Source: an uncultured Verrucomicrobiota bacterium
GTDB lineage: Bacteria > Verrucomicrobiota > Verrucomicrobiia > Limisphaerales > JAYPEY01
DNA length: 64,000 nt
Assembly: GCA_964519245.1 (NCBI GenBank)
Contig: CAZFLK010000002.1
Span: 45,077 to 109,076 of the forward strand
Reading direction: 5' to 3'
Part shown: positions 38,525 to 47,907 of the stretch, in pieces
Layout of the letters: every line of letters begins with the position of its first letter
How positions within the stretch are numbered: position 1 is the first letter of the stretch
Program-made: the position numbers and the translations under genes
Notes under the pieces: model-generated
The model's database searches: none
What the model was told of the DNA's origin: nothing
What the model saw: only the letters and a program-made list of their open reading frames with translations

Positions 38525-41500
38525 ATGAATCAAACAGGATTGCCCATGAAATTCACCGCCACTCCAGCGCTTATGTCCGCGGCGCTCGCTGCGTCTCTCC
38601 TCCTTCCAGCCGCTGCGCGCGCCGCCGCCGATCGCGAGCAACTTGAGTTTTTCGAGAAGAAGATCCGCCCGGTGTTGGCGGAGCACTGCTACCGCTGCCA
38701 CAGTGTTGCCGAAGGCAAGAGCCGCGGCGCGCTCACGCTCGACACGCGGGAAGGCACACTTAAGGGCGGCGACCTCGGGCCCGCCGTCGTGCCGGGCGAT
38801 CTCGACAAGAGCCTGCTGATCAAGGCCGTGCGCTGGGACGACGAGGACATGCAGATGCCTCCCAAGAACAAATTGTCCTCGTCCCAGATTGCCGACCTGG
38901 AAGCCTGGGTTCGCATGGGCGCGCCGGATCCGCGCGATGGCAAGCTGGTGGTGGCCGATCCCCGCGAGGTCGCGAAGAAGCACTGGGCCTTCCAACCCGT
39001 CAAGCGGCAGCCCGCGCCCGCGCCGGTCAACCCGGCCTGGGAACAAACGGAGATTGATCGCTTTATCAGCCAGGGGTTGAAGCAGGCCGGCATCGCGCCT
39101 TCGGAGAAAGCCGACAAGCGCACCTTGATGCGTCGCGCCTCCTATGATCTGACCGGACTGCCGCCCTCGCCGAGCGAGTTCGACTCCTTCATGTCCGACA
39201 CCTCGCCGAATGCCTGGGAGAAGGTCGTCGATCGCCTTCTCAAATCGCCGCACTACGGGGAGCGTTGGGGACGGCATTGGTTGGACGTGGCGCGTTACTC
39301 GGACACCAAGGGCGATGTCAATGGCCGGGTTGAAGACTTCCGGTATCCCTACGCCTGGACCTATCGCGATTATGTGATCCGCTCCTTCAACGAGGACAAG
39401 CCGTTCGATCAATTCATCCGCGAGCAGTTGGCGGCTGACATCATGCTTGAGCGAGGGCAGGTCCAGACGAACGACTTGGCAGCGTTGGGCTTCCTCACGG
39501 TCGGCAAGCGTTTCGGCGGCCAGCGCAATGAGATCATCGACGACCGCATTGATGTGGTCAGCAAAGGGTTCCTCGGTTTGACCGTGGTTTGCGCGCGCTG
39601 CCACGATCACAAGTTTGATCCCATTCCCACGGCTGACTACTACGCGTGGCATGGCGTCTTCAACAGCATTCGCGACAATTTCGAGGACACGGATCTGCCG
39701 CTGTTGGAGCCGGTCAAGGTCACGCCGGAATATCGCGAGTTTGTGTATCAATTGAATCAATTGCACAAGGAATACGGCGAGACGCGCTTCAAGGAGGAAG
39801 AGCGGCTTCGGAAAGAGGCCCGGGAGAAGGCGGGCGTCTACCTCTACGCCACCTGGGAGGTGGCGCAGCCGACCAATACCCTGAACCGCTTCATCTTCGT
39901 TGGACAGGAACGTCGGTTGCACAACGGTTTCTTCGATCGTTGGCGGCGTTTTCTGCAGACCCGCAAGGGAGACGATCCGGTCTGGGGTCCGTGGAAGGCC
40001 TACGCCGCGCTGAAGCCGGAGGATTGGAAGGCGGGCAAAGCCGGCGAATTGAGCGAGAAATATGCGGATACGGAGGCGGAGAAGCCGATCAACACCCTGA
40101 TTGCCCGCGCCCTGCGCACCAGTCCGCCCCGAAGCATGCGGGATGTGGGGGCGATCTACAGTCGGTTGCTGGCGGAAGTGAACACCCAGTGGCAGAACGC
40201 GTTGGCGCGCCAGGGCAGCAGAGGTCGCAAGCCGCGGCCATTGGAGGAAAGTCGCGAGCAGATTCGGGAGGCCTTGTATGGCGAGGATCGCCTGACCCCC
40301 TGCAATCCGGATACGAACGCCAGTTTTGGCCTGTTTTCGCAAGGATTTCAGGGGCGCCTGCAGCGCATCAAGGGACGCATGGTCGCGCTCAAGATGTCCC
40401 ATGAAGGCGCTCCCGGGCGGGCCATGATCGTCAAGGACAACGGCAATGGCCGGAATTCCCGCATCTTCATCCGTGGGGACGCGCGCAATCAGGGCGATGA
40501 AGTGCCGCGGCGCTTTTTGGAGGCCTTGTCGGACGACGAGCCGAAGCCCTTCAAGACTGGCAGCGGTCGTTGGGACCTGGCCAATGCCATTGCCTCACGC
40601 GACAATCCGCTGACTGCGCGGGTCATCGTGAACCGCATCTGGATGCATCATTTTGGCGAGGGGATTGTCCGGACGCCGAGCGATTTCGGCACGCGCTGTG
40701 AACCGCCGTCGCATCCGGAGATGCTGGATTGGTTGGCGACCTGGTTCATGGACAACGGCTGGTCGATCAAGAAGCTGCACAAGCTGATCATGATGTCCTC
40801 GGTCTACCAGTTGACCAGCGAGGAGGATCCGCGCAAGGGGCAGGTCGATCCCGCAAACAAACTGCTCTACCGCTACAATGTTCGCCGCCTCGGGTTTGAG
40901 GGCATGCGCGACACGCTGTTGGCCATCGGCGGCAAGATTGACCTCGAAATCGGGGGCAAGCCGGTCAATCTGATGGCCGACCCGTTCCCGACCCGCCGCA
41001 CGGTCTACGGGATGGTGGATCGTCGGAGCCTGCAGTCGATTTTCAACACCTTCGATTTCGCCAACCCGGACTTGAGCACGGCGCAGCGTTACCAGACGAC
41101 GGTGCCGCAGCAGGCGTTGTTCCTGATGAATAATCCCCTGGTGGTGGAGCAGGCCCGCAATCTGACGGCTCGCGGCGATTTTCGCGGGCGCGTGAATGAC
41201 GATGAGCGGATCCGTCTGCTCTACAAGCTGATCTACCAGCGTTATCCGAGCGCGCAGGAGCTATCGTTGGCCAAGCGGTATCTTTCGACCCAGGGCACGC
41301 TGGAAATGCAGGCCGCCTTTGAAGACCCGTGGAAGTATGGTGTGGGGCGCTATGACGCGCGGTCGCGCAAGGTTGTGGGTTTCCAGAAAATGCCCCTGTT
41401 CCATGAGGATCAGGAGGCGTGGCATGGAGGCACCCAATTGAAGTACGCCTACCTGAACGCGCAGGGCGGCCATGCCGGACTGCCCGGCATCGGGATCATC

Positions 41501-41932
41501 CGTCGCTGGACCGCACAGGCTGACGGCATCATTCAGGTCACCGGAACGTTGCGGCACACCGAGGAGATTGGCGACGGCGTGCGGGGCTACATGGTGTCGA
41601 GCCGCGCGGGCATCCTGGGCGCGCCGCAGAACGTCAAGAACAGCGCCAAGGCGATGAATGTCAATCGGTTGCCTGTCCGCAAGGGCGACACCCTGGATTT
41701 CATCGTCGATGGCTTCAAGGTTCCGGGCGCCGACCAGTTCAACTGGGCCCCGGTGGTGACCATGACGGTGGTCAACGACGAGAAGCAGCTTCCTCCCGGC
41801 AGTTCCACCACCTGGGCTTCGCAACAGATGTTCAGCGGGCCGCGCAAGACGGTTGAAGCGAGGCCTTTGGCGGCATGGGAGAAATTTGCGCAGGTGCTCC
41901 TGCTGACCAACGAACTCACGTTCTTCAACTGA
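38525..41932 (+). CDS. PSCyt1 (c-type heme) + DUF1549 + DUF1553 protein with extended C-terminal domain
   Basis: The track start 38495 is TTG. The ATG at 38525 gives MNQTGLPMKFTATPALMSAALAASLLLPAAARA. Heme motif EHCYRCHS. Blocks: LMRRASYDLTGLPPSPSEFDSFM, YGERWGRHWLDVARYSD and CARCHDHKFDPIPTADYY, with C-terminus LLLTNELTFFN. Confidence 0.9.
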   Translation: MNQTGLPMKFTATPALMSAALAASLLLPAAARAAADREQLEFFEKKIRPVLAEHCYRCHSVAEGKSRGALTLDTREGTLKGGDLGPAVVPGDLDKSLLIKAVRWDDEDMQMPPKNKLSSSQIADLEAWVRMGAPDPRDGKLVVADPREVAKKHWAFQPVKRQPAPAPVNPAWEQTEIDRFISQGLKQAGIAPSEKADKRTLMRRASYDLTGLPPSPSEFDSFMSDTSPNAWEKVVDRLLKSPHYGERWGRHWLDVARYSDTKGDVNGRVEDFRYPYAWTYRDYVIRSFNEDKPFDQFIREQLAADIMLERGQVQTNDLAALGFLTVGKRFGGQRNEIIDDRIDVVSKGFLGLTVVCARCHDHKFDPIPTADYYAWHGVFNSIRDNFEDTDLPLLEPVKVTPEYREFVYQLNQLHKEYGETRFKEEERLRKEAREKAGVYLYATWEVAQPTNTLNRFIFVGQERRLHNGFFDRWRRFLQTRKGDDPVWGPWKAYAALKPEDWKAGKAGELSEKYADTEAEKPINTLIARALRTSPPRSMRDVGAIYSRLLAEVNTQWQNALARQGSRGRKPRPLEESREQIREALYGEDRLTPCNPDTNASFGLFSQGFQGRLQRIKGRMVALKMSHEGAPGRAMIVKDNGNGRNSRIFIRGDARNQGDEVPRRFLEALSDDEPKPFKTGSGRWDLANAIASRDNPLTARVIVNRIWMHHFGEGIVRTPSDFGTRCEPPSHPEMLDWLATWFMDNGWSIKKLHKLIMMSSVYQLTSEEDPRKGQVDPANKLLYRYNVRRLGFEGMRDTLLAIGGKIDLEIGGKPVNLMADPFPTRRTVYGMVDRRSLQSIFNTFDFANPDLSTAQRYQTTVPQQALFLMNNPLVVEQARNLTARGDFRGRVNDDERIRLLYKLIYQRYPSAQELSLAKRYLSTQGTLEMQAAFEDPWKYGVGRYDARSRKVVGFQKMPLFHEDQEAWHGGTQLKYAYLNAQGGHAGLPGIGIIRRWTAQADGIIQVTGTLRHTEEIGDGVRGYMVSSRAGILGAPQNVKNSAKAMNVNRLPVRKGDTLDFIVDGFKVPGADQFNWAPVVTMTVVNDEKQLPPGSSTTWASQQMFSGPRKTVEARPLAAWEKFAQVLLLTNELTFFN

Positions 41933-41972
41933 GCGGCGCCGTCTTCGGCGCGCTTGTTGAAAGCCGCTTTCA

Positions 41973-42012
41973 AGAGCCGGCGCGTCCATGGGAAGCGCCG
42001 GCTCTATTGTTT
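41973..42012 (+). terminator. rho-independent-like terminator
   Basis: agagccggcgc (41973-41983), an 11-nt loop, then gcgccggctct (41995-42005), followed by attgtttcg. The 11-bp GC-rich stem with a T-rich tail starts about 40 nt after the stop at 41932. Confidence 0.55.
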
Positions 42013-42129
42013 CGCGTTGAGGCGGCTTGCGCGGGGAGGCGGACGGCGTGACGTTTTCCTTGAATTCGCCCCGCTCCCTGTCAAATCTCGGGGAACATCA
42101 TCGAAGAACTGCTTTCGTCTCCTCCAGCC

Positions 42130-43269
42130 ATGAAAAAGGATTTGTCCCCCGTTGTTGATTCCGCCGTCGACCCCGAATCCAAGTCGCTGAACCGCCGTTC
42201 GTTCCTGGGCGGCGCGGCCGCCGCTGCGGGAGCGTTGCTGAGCCCCCTGGGGGCGTCGGGACGCGATTGGTCTGGCAAGACGCCGGTGCGCTATCCGGAT
42301 CCCGATGTCATCGTCCACGACAAGCGTTTCGGCAAATACAAGCTGGGCAACACGCCGATCCAGCGGATCCACACCGGCACGTTGTGGGCGGAAGGTCCGG
42401 CCTGGAATGGCGTGGGCAGATACCTGGTCTGGAGCGACATCCCGAACAACGTCCAACTGCGCTATCTGGAGGAGGACGGGCATGTGACGACCTTTCGTCA
42501 CCCGTCGGGCAACAGCAACGGCAATACCTTTGATTGGCAGGGGAGGCAGATCTCCTGCGAACATGGCCATCGTCGCGTCGTGCGATACGAGTATGACGGC
42601 GGCGTCACCGTGCTCGCCAGCGAGTTTGAAGGGAAACCCTTCAATGCCCCCAATGACGCGGTCGTTCACCCGAATGGTGACATCTGGTTCACGGACCCCG
42701 GCTACGGCAGCATGATGAACTATGAGGGCAACAAGGGGCCGTTGCATCTCAAGGAGGCTGTCTATCGCATCGATCACAAGACGCTCAAGGTTTCCAAGGT
42801 GACCGATGAGCTCGTCAAACCCAACGGCCTTTGTTTCTCCCCCGACTACAAGAAGCTCTACGTTGCCGACACCGGCGTCGACGCCCCGAAACCGACCTGG
42901 GTCTGGGATGTGGTCGATGGAAAGAAGCTGAGAAACGGCAAGGAGTTCAGTCGCATTGAAGTCGGATCAGAAGGCGTTCAGCGACTCCCGGGTTTCAAGG
43001 ATCCGCGACCGGACAAACTGGTGGGCGGCGGCGACGGCATCCGCTGCGATGTCGACGGCAACCTCTGGTCCAGCGCCGGTTGGACGGGGCATGGGGTCGA
43101 CGGCGTCTTCATCTACGCGCCGGATGGCGATCTCATCGGCCAGATCCTGCTGCCGGAGATCTGTTCCAACGTTTGCTTTGGGGGAACCAAGCGCAATCGA
43201 CTGTTCATGACGGCCAGCCAGTCGGTCTATTCCGTCTACGTCGAGACGAAGGGCGCGCACATCTGTTGA
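42130..43269 (+). CDS. SMP-30/gluconolactonase/LRE family protein, Tat signal
   Basis: NRRSFLGGAAAAAGALLSPLGASG is a Tat-like signal. Blocks: EGPAWNGVGRYLVWSDIPNN, NGNTFDWQGRQISCEHG, NAPNDAVVHPNGDIWFTDP, KPNGLCFSPDYKKLYVADT, CSNVCFGGTKRNRLFMTA. Confidence 0.85.
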   Translation: MKKDLSPVVDSAVDPESKSLNRRSFLGGAAAAAGALLSPLGASGRDWSGKTPVRYPDPDVIVHDKRFGKYKLGNTPIQRIHTGTLWAEGPAWNGVGRYLVWSDIPNNVQLRYLEEDGHVTTFRHPSGNSNGNTFDWQGRQISCEHGHRRVVRYEYDGGVTVLASEFEGKPFNAPNDAVVHPNGDIWFTDPGYGSMMNYEGNKGPLHLKEAVYRIDHKTLKVSKVTDELVKPNGLCFSPDYKKLYVADTGVDAPKPTWVWDVVDGKKLRNGKEFSRIEVGSEGVQRLPGFKDPRPDKLVGGGDGIRCDVDGNLWSSAGWTGHGVDGVFIYAPDGDLIGQILLPEICSNVCFGGTKRNRLFMTASQSVYSVYVETKGAHIC

Positions 43270-43438
43270 CCGCGGCAGCCCGGGCTGCGGGGCGTGAGTG
43301 AGCGGGTGTTTGCCGAGATCGCCTTGCGCGGCGGATCCCACATCCCCCCGCATCAACCGATCGCCGCGGATTGCGAGGCCGCGGCGATTCCATTGGCATG
43401 GCTTTTACTGTTGCCTAACTTCCGTCGGAAGCGTTTTG

Positions 43439-44446
43439 ATGCGCGCTCGATTTTTTACTGCGACGACGATGACGACTCCAAGAAATTTTGACATGGGATC
43501 TGCGGAGGCCTGGGATGCGAACCTTGATCCGGAGCGTGTCTTCTTCGATATGAACGGGGCGGCGCAGGCGGAGTTGAAGGGGTTTCTGGATGCGCAGACG
43601 GTGTTTGAGGGCATGACCGGCATCAAGCCGATTGAGTCGATCAGGGTGAGCCGCGGCGACGTTCCCGCGGTAGCTGAGGAGATGGACCGAATGCAGGAAC
43701 AGATTGTCGGCGGGGTTCGGATGGCGGTGGTGAGGCCGGTTGCCGGCCTGACTTTTGAACAACAGATGGCCGTGCCTTGGGTGATGGGAAGCCTGTTCGG
43801 CGAGTTGCTGGAGCAGAATGAGAATGGCGACCGTGCCTACATCATCACGGATCGCGGCGGTCGGATGGAGGAGGGGGCGCGTTACTCGCAGACCCGCCAG
43901 GGCGGCTCCTTTCACACGGACGGCGTGAACCTCAAGTCGGGATATGATTGTTTCCTGCTCAGTTGCATCGCGCCGGCCGAGCAGGGCGGGGAGAGCATCC
44001 TGATCAATGGGTTTACGATCCTGCAGCGGTTGCAGGAGCGGCATCCCGAGGCGCTTGATGTGTTGGGGCGCGAACTGGTCTGGGAGTACAAGGGCATCAA
44101 GAAGGATTTCTATCGTGAGCCGATTGTGAAGGTGGAGGAGGGGCGGCTCATCTGGCGCTACCTGCGCAACTACATCGAGGAGGCTGCGGTCAAGACGGGT
44201 GAGGCCTTGAGCGAGGAGGCGGTCGACGCGATGGACAAGCTGGACGCCGTCATGGACGATCGGGACATCCAGTTCCGCTATTTCCTGAAGCCTGGCGAGA
44301 CCGCCGTCATCAACGACCGCCAGATCTTCCATGGTCGCACGGAGTTTCGCGACGCCGATGGAGCTGTTGGGTTGGAGGAATATCTGGCGGGCGATCGCTC
44401 GCGTCCGCTCAAGCGAACCTGCAGCCGATTCTGGATCAATGATTGA
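43439..44446 (+). CDS. TauD/TfdA-family Fe(II)/2-oxoglutarate dioxygenase-like protein
   Basis: A His-x-Asp is present in GGSFHTDGVN, and the distal His/Arg in INDRQIFHGRTEF. The fold-typical spacing is roughly 130 aa. The start is uncertain: ATG 43439 (MRARFF...) or 43469 (MTTPRNF...). The track start 43298 adds an implausible Pro/Arg/Cys-rich leader. Confidence 0.7.
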   Translation: MRARFFTATTMTTPRNFDMGSAEAWDANLDPERVFFDMNGAAQAELKGFLDAQTVFEGMTGIKPIESIRVSRGDVPAVAEEMDRMQEQIVGGVRMAVVRPVAGLTFEQQMAVPWVMGSLFGELLEQNENGDRAYIITDRGGRMEEGARYSQTRQGGSFHTDGVNLKSGYDCFLLSCIAPAEQGGESILINGFTILQRLQERHPEALDVLGRELVWEYKGIKKDFYREPIVKVEEGRLIWRYLRNYIEEAAVKTGEALSEEAVDAMDKLDAVMDDRDIQFRYFLKPGETAVINDRQIFHGRTEFRDADGAVGLEEYLAGDRSRPLKRTCSRFWIND

Positions 44447-45212
44447 AGCCGCCATGCCCGCCGCCGATTACACCGCCATCATTCTGGCCGCCGGATTCGG
44501 CAGCCGCATCGCCGAGATCACCGAGGATCCCAAGATCCTGCTGCCGATTGATGGGCGCCCCATACTGCATCGCCACCTCGCCATCTTCGAGGAGCTTGGC
44601 ATCCGGAATGTCGTGATCGTGGCGGGCTATCGCAAGCGGCAGGTGATGGATGCGGCGCAACCGTTCGCGGACCGGTTGAACATCCGGTTCGTCGACAATG
44701 ACGATTACACGCGCCTCGGCAATGGCTACTCCATGTACTTCGGAATTCAGGCGGCGGCAGGAGCGTCGTTGATCTTTGACGGGGATCTTGTCTACGCCCG
44801 GGACATTCTTGAGCGCTTTGTCAATGACGGGCATTCCAACGCCGTGCTCGTCGGTCCCGGAAGCCTGGGCGATATCGAATGCGCCAAGACGCTCAAGGAT
44901 GCCGACGGATTTGCCCGCATGACAGTGGACAAGCGCGCGGTGACGGAGGACGAATTGGCGCGCTACAAGTTTGCGGGCGAGGCGATCGGCGTCCTGAAGT
45001 TTGACGAGGAGCGGCGTCGCCGGTTGATTCAGGAGTGTGAGGCATTCTTTGCCGACGAGGGGAACCTGCTCAAGAACTGGGAGCATATCATGAACCGCTT
45101 TCTTCCGGCCCACGATGTCTGGGCGCATGAGGAGGCGTCGGAAGCCTTTGTGGAGATCGACACGCCCGAGGATTACGAGGAGGCCTGTCGCCAGTTCGGG
45201 CGGTCGGATTGA
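44439..45212 (+). CDS. nucleotidyltransferase (LicC/CTP:phospho-base cytidylyltransferase-like, NTP_transferase fold)
   Basis: MIEAAMPAADYTAIILAAGFGSRI carries the G-x-G-S/T-R signature, followed by PKILLPIDGRPIL. The ATG at 44439 overlaps the upstream TGA (ATGATTGA, 8-nt overlap). An alternative ATG lies at 44454. Confidence 0.8.
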   Translation: MIEAAMPAADYTAIILAAGFGSRIAEITEDPKILLPIDGRPILHRHLAIFEELGIRNVVIVAGYRKRQVMDAAQPFADRLNIRFVDNDDYTRLGNGYSMYFGIQAAAGASLIFDGDLVYARDILERFVNDGHSNAVLVGPGSLGDIECAKTLKDADGFARMTVDKRAVTEDELARYKFAGEAIGVLKFDEERRRRLIQECEAFFADEGNLLKNWEHIMNRFLPAHDVWAHEEASEAFVEIDTPEDYEEACRQFGRSD

Positions 45213-45352
45213 GGCCTGAGGAACCTGTCCCCGTTGCCTGAGAAGGGGACGGCCTTCGCATTGTCTGGGGCGGCGTGATTCAGCGCATTCGGCTCTGGGG
45301 CTGGCCGGTGGAGGCCGCGCGTTCGGATGATCGTTGACCGAGGAGTCCGATC

Positions 45353-45562
45353 CTATTTCGCGTCGGAGACGTCGTTGGTTGCGCCGCTCTGGCTCGGCGG
45401 CATTGCGGCCGGGGCGGGTTTCTTCCAGCGCGGGGTGATCTTCCCCCACTGGGCGTAGATGCCCACGGCCAGAATCACGATGACCGCGGCTACCGGCAGC
45501 CCCAGGATCACATACATGGTCCTGCGCTGTGAGGGTGAGGCTGGCTGCGGTTGGTCGCTCAT
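45353..45562 (-). CDS. small single-pass membrane protein (hypothetical)
   Basis: The internal ATG gives a 69-aa protein, MSDQPQPASPSQRRTMYVILGLPVAAVIVILAVGIYAQW..., with one clear TM and a Pro-rich tail. There is no homology evidence. Confidence 0.4.
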   Translation of the reverse strand: MSDQPQPASPSQRRTMYVILGLPVAAVIVILAVGIYAQWGKITPRWKKPAPAAMPPSQSGATNDVSDAK

Positions 45563-45761
45563 GGTCCGGCCCCAGATAGAGAATCCCCTTTCCCCGAATG
45601 TCAAGTGGGCCCGGTTCGCGTCGAGCGGACAATGATGGGCGTAATTGGCTTTCAAGCCTGCTGGAAGACGGTCAGTCTGTCCCGTCGCCTTTCTGATGAA
45701 CGTCGCTGCAGCGAAGAACGATCATGGCGGGCCATCGGGTCCGCGACATGAGCGGAACTGG

Positions 45762-46823
45762 ATGTTCGTGCACCTCGCCAATATGTCGTGGTGGGCGCTC
45801 ATCTATCTGGGCAGCTATGCCGTGGCGGCGACTCTTGCGGGCGGCGCGGATCTGTTGCGCAACGCCGGGACGGCTGGTTTGGCGACGGGTATCGATTCCG
45901 TGCTGCAACTCTTCGCGGGCTGGTTGAAGTGGGCGCCGGCGGCGCTCGGGGCCTACGCCCTTCTTGGTTGGTTGCCTTCCCGGCGCGCGATCCTGTCGGG
46001 GGCGGGACTTCGCGCCTATCCCTGCTTTCTTGCTCTGGCGTTGCTGTTTCGGCGTTCGAGTTTCCGGCGTCTGCGGCCCGCGCGCGGGCTCTATTGGCGA
46101 CACGCGCGCATCCGGGATCGGTGGCTGCTGTTGCTCATCAAGATTCACTTCCTGCCGATCGCGGTCGGTTCGCTGGTGAACACCGCGGTCAATATGACGC
46201 GCGTTATTCAACGGATTACGGCCGAACCATCAATGCTGCTCGTGCTGGGGTTCATCATCGTCGCGGTGCGCGTCAGCGTGGATCTGGTGGACGCGGTGGT
46301 TTCCTCGATCGCCTATTCGGTGGAATCTCGACGTTCGGGAGGAGCGGTCCGGGCCGTCGACAACAATTGGCTGGGGTGGGTGAGTTGCCTTGTCTGTTAC
46401 CCGCCGGGTTGGCTGTTGACGTCGTCGCTGCTGGCCAAGCGGATCGAAGAGGAGGCGCAGATCTTCCCGATGGAATCGACGCTGGCCTGGGTTTGCGCGG
46501 TCCTGGGCGTGAGTTGCTATGCGGTCTACGGCTTCAGCGCCGTCAATCTGGGACTGCGATATTCGAATCTCTCTTACCGTGGGACGACGACCTGGGGGCT
46601 TTATCGCTGGGTGCGCCATCCGCAGTATGCCTCCAAGATCGGCGGATGGTTCTTTGAATGGCTGCCATTTTTTGCGGTGTTCTCGAATCTGCTGAGTTTT
46701 CTGGCCCTGGCGGGGATCTACCTGGTCCGAATCGCGACGGAGGAGCGGTTTCTCGGACGGTTCTCGGAGTATCGGGATTATTGCCGGCAGGTGAAGTGGC
46801 GCTGCATCCCGGGGATCTGGTGA
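45762..46823 (+). CDS. polytopic membrane protein with C-terminal ICMT/phospholipid-methyltransferase-like domain
   Basis: There are several N-terminal TM segments. The C-terminal block GLYRWVRHPQYASKIGGWFFEWL...RIATEERFLGRFSEYRDYCRQV matches the RHPxY...EE signature of the isoprenylcysteine carboxyl / PEMT-type methyltransferase family. The start is uncertain: the track start 45645 is TTG, and ATG 45762 was chosen. Confidence 0.6.
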   Translation: MFVHLANMSWWALIYLGSYAVAATLAGGADLLRNAGTAGLATGIDSVLQLFAGWLKWAPAALGAYALLGWLPSRRAILSGAGLRAYPCFLALALLFRRSSFRRLRPARGLYWRHARIRDRWLLLLIKIHFLPIAVGSLVNTAVNMTRVIQRITAEPSMLLVLGFIIVAVRVSVDLVDAVVSSIAYSVESRRSGGAVRAVDNNWLGWVSCLVCYPPGWLLTSSLLAKRIEEEAQIFPMESTLAWVCAVLGVSCYAVYGFSAVNLGLRYSNLSYRGTTTWGLYRWVRHPQYASKIGGWFFEWLPFFAVFSNLLSFLALAGIYLVRIATEERFLGRFSEYRDYCRQVKWRCIPGIW

Positions 46824-46907
46824 ATCTTTGGCGATCGGGTCGCGTCAGAACTGGGCGGCTTTCCTTGTTGAAGGCCCGTCGACGATCTGCAACGCTCTAC
46901 CAAGACC

Positions 46908-47780
46908 ATGGAAGCGACGCTGTCAAAACCCGGGTCCGCCCCCTTCTCCGTTGGGGAGAGGCAGGCGTTGGTGAAGTTGCTCACCGACGAGGATCCCGCT
47001 GTCTACCGCGCCATCCGGGGCGAGATTGTGGCGCGCGGTGAATGGGCTGCGGAGTGGATGCGATCCTTTGCGCTTTGCGGGGACCCCTTGTTGCGCCGGC
47101 GTTCGCAGGAGATCGTCTGTCATTTCGACCGCCAGAAGGCCGACAGCGAGTTTCTGGAGTTCTGTCTGAAGAACGGGGAGGATCTTGATCTGGAGCAGGG
47201 TGTGTGGTTGCTGGCGCGGACGCGGCATCCGGGCGTCAACATCGAGGGCTACCGGGCTCTGCTCGACAGCTACGCCGGATCGCTTCTCGACATCATCGAT
47301 TTTGGCGCGGAGCCGGAGGGAATGCTGGCGGATATCAATGAGTTCCTGTTTTCCCGGGAAGGCTTCCAGGGACGCTCTGCGGACCAGATTGGTCCGGCGG
47401 ATTGTTATCTGAACCAGGTGGTGGACGATCGACTCGGCGATGATCTGAGCCTGGGGCTGATCTACCTCTTCGTTTGTCAGCGGCTTGGGTTGCCGGTGGC
47501 GGGGATCGGGATGCCGGGGCATTTCCTTTGTCGGTTCCAGACGCTGCGCGAAGAGATCTACATCGATGCCTACCACAAGGGGCGGCTGTTGACGAAGAAC
47601 GCCTGCATACGCTTCCTGCGGGAAACCGGGCGGCGTTACGACGAGCGTTTTCTGGCTCCGTCCAGTTCCCGGCAGGCGCTCCTGCGACTTTGTTCCAAAC
47701 TGCATCAGGGCCATGTCAATCGGAACCAGATCAAGGAGCGCGACCGGGTTCAGCGTTACCTGATTGCCTTGTCGAAGTGA
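46908..47780 (+). CDS. transglutaminase-like / SirB1-family protein
   Basis: ATG start. NQVVDDRLGDDLSLGLIYLFVCQRLGLPVAGIGMPGHFLCRF followed by IYIDAYHKGRLL resembles the SirB1/YchA transglutaminase-like core. There is a helical tail. Confidence 0.6.
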   Translation: MEATLSKPGSAPFSVGERQALVKLLTDEDPAVYRAIRGEIVARGEWAAEWMRSFALCGDPLLRRRSQEIVCHFDRQKADSEFLEFCLKNGEDLDLEQGVWLLARTRHPGVNIEGYRALLDSYAGSLLDIIDFGAEPEGMLADINEFLFSREGFQGRSADQIGPADCYLNQVVDDRLGDDLSLGLIYLFVCQRLGLPVAGIGMPGHFLCRFQTLREEIYIDAYHKGRLLTKNACIRFLRETGRRYDERFLAPSSSRQALLRLCSKLHQGHVNRNQIKERDRVQRYLIALSK

Positions 47781-47907
47781 ATCTGGTCCGGGGGGCGGCC
47801 ATCTGGGGCCGGTCGATCCCGGGGGGCGGGGCAATGATTGGAGGCGCGCCTTTCTGCTGGCAAAGGGCTCGCGCATCAGCCACTAATGAGCCCGCGCACT
47901 TCCAGAC

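Noticed and set aside
43298-43438. Extended N-terminus of the TauD-like ORF
   Set aside because: The extension (MSGCLPRSPCAADPTSPRINRSPRIARPRRFHWHGFYCCL...) is Pro/Arg/Cys-rich and unlike a dioxygenase N-terminus. The internal ATGs at 43439 and 43469 are more plausible, but this is not proven.
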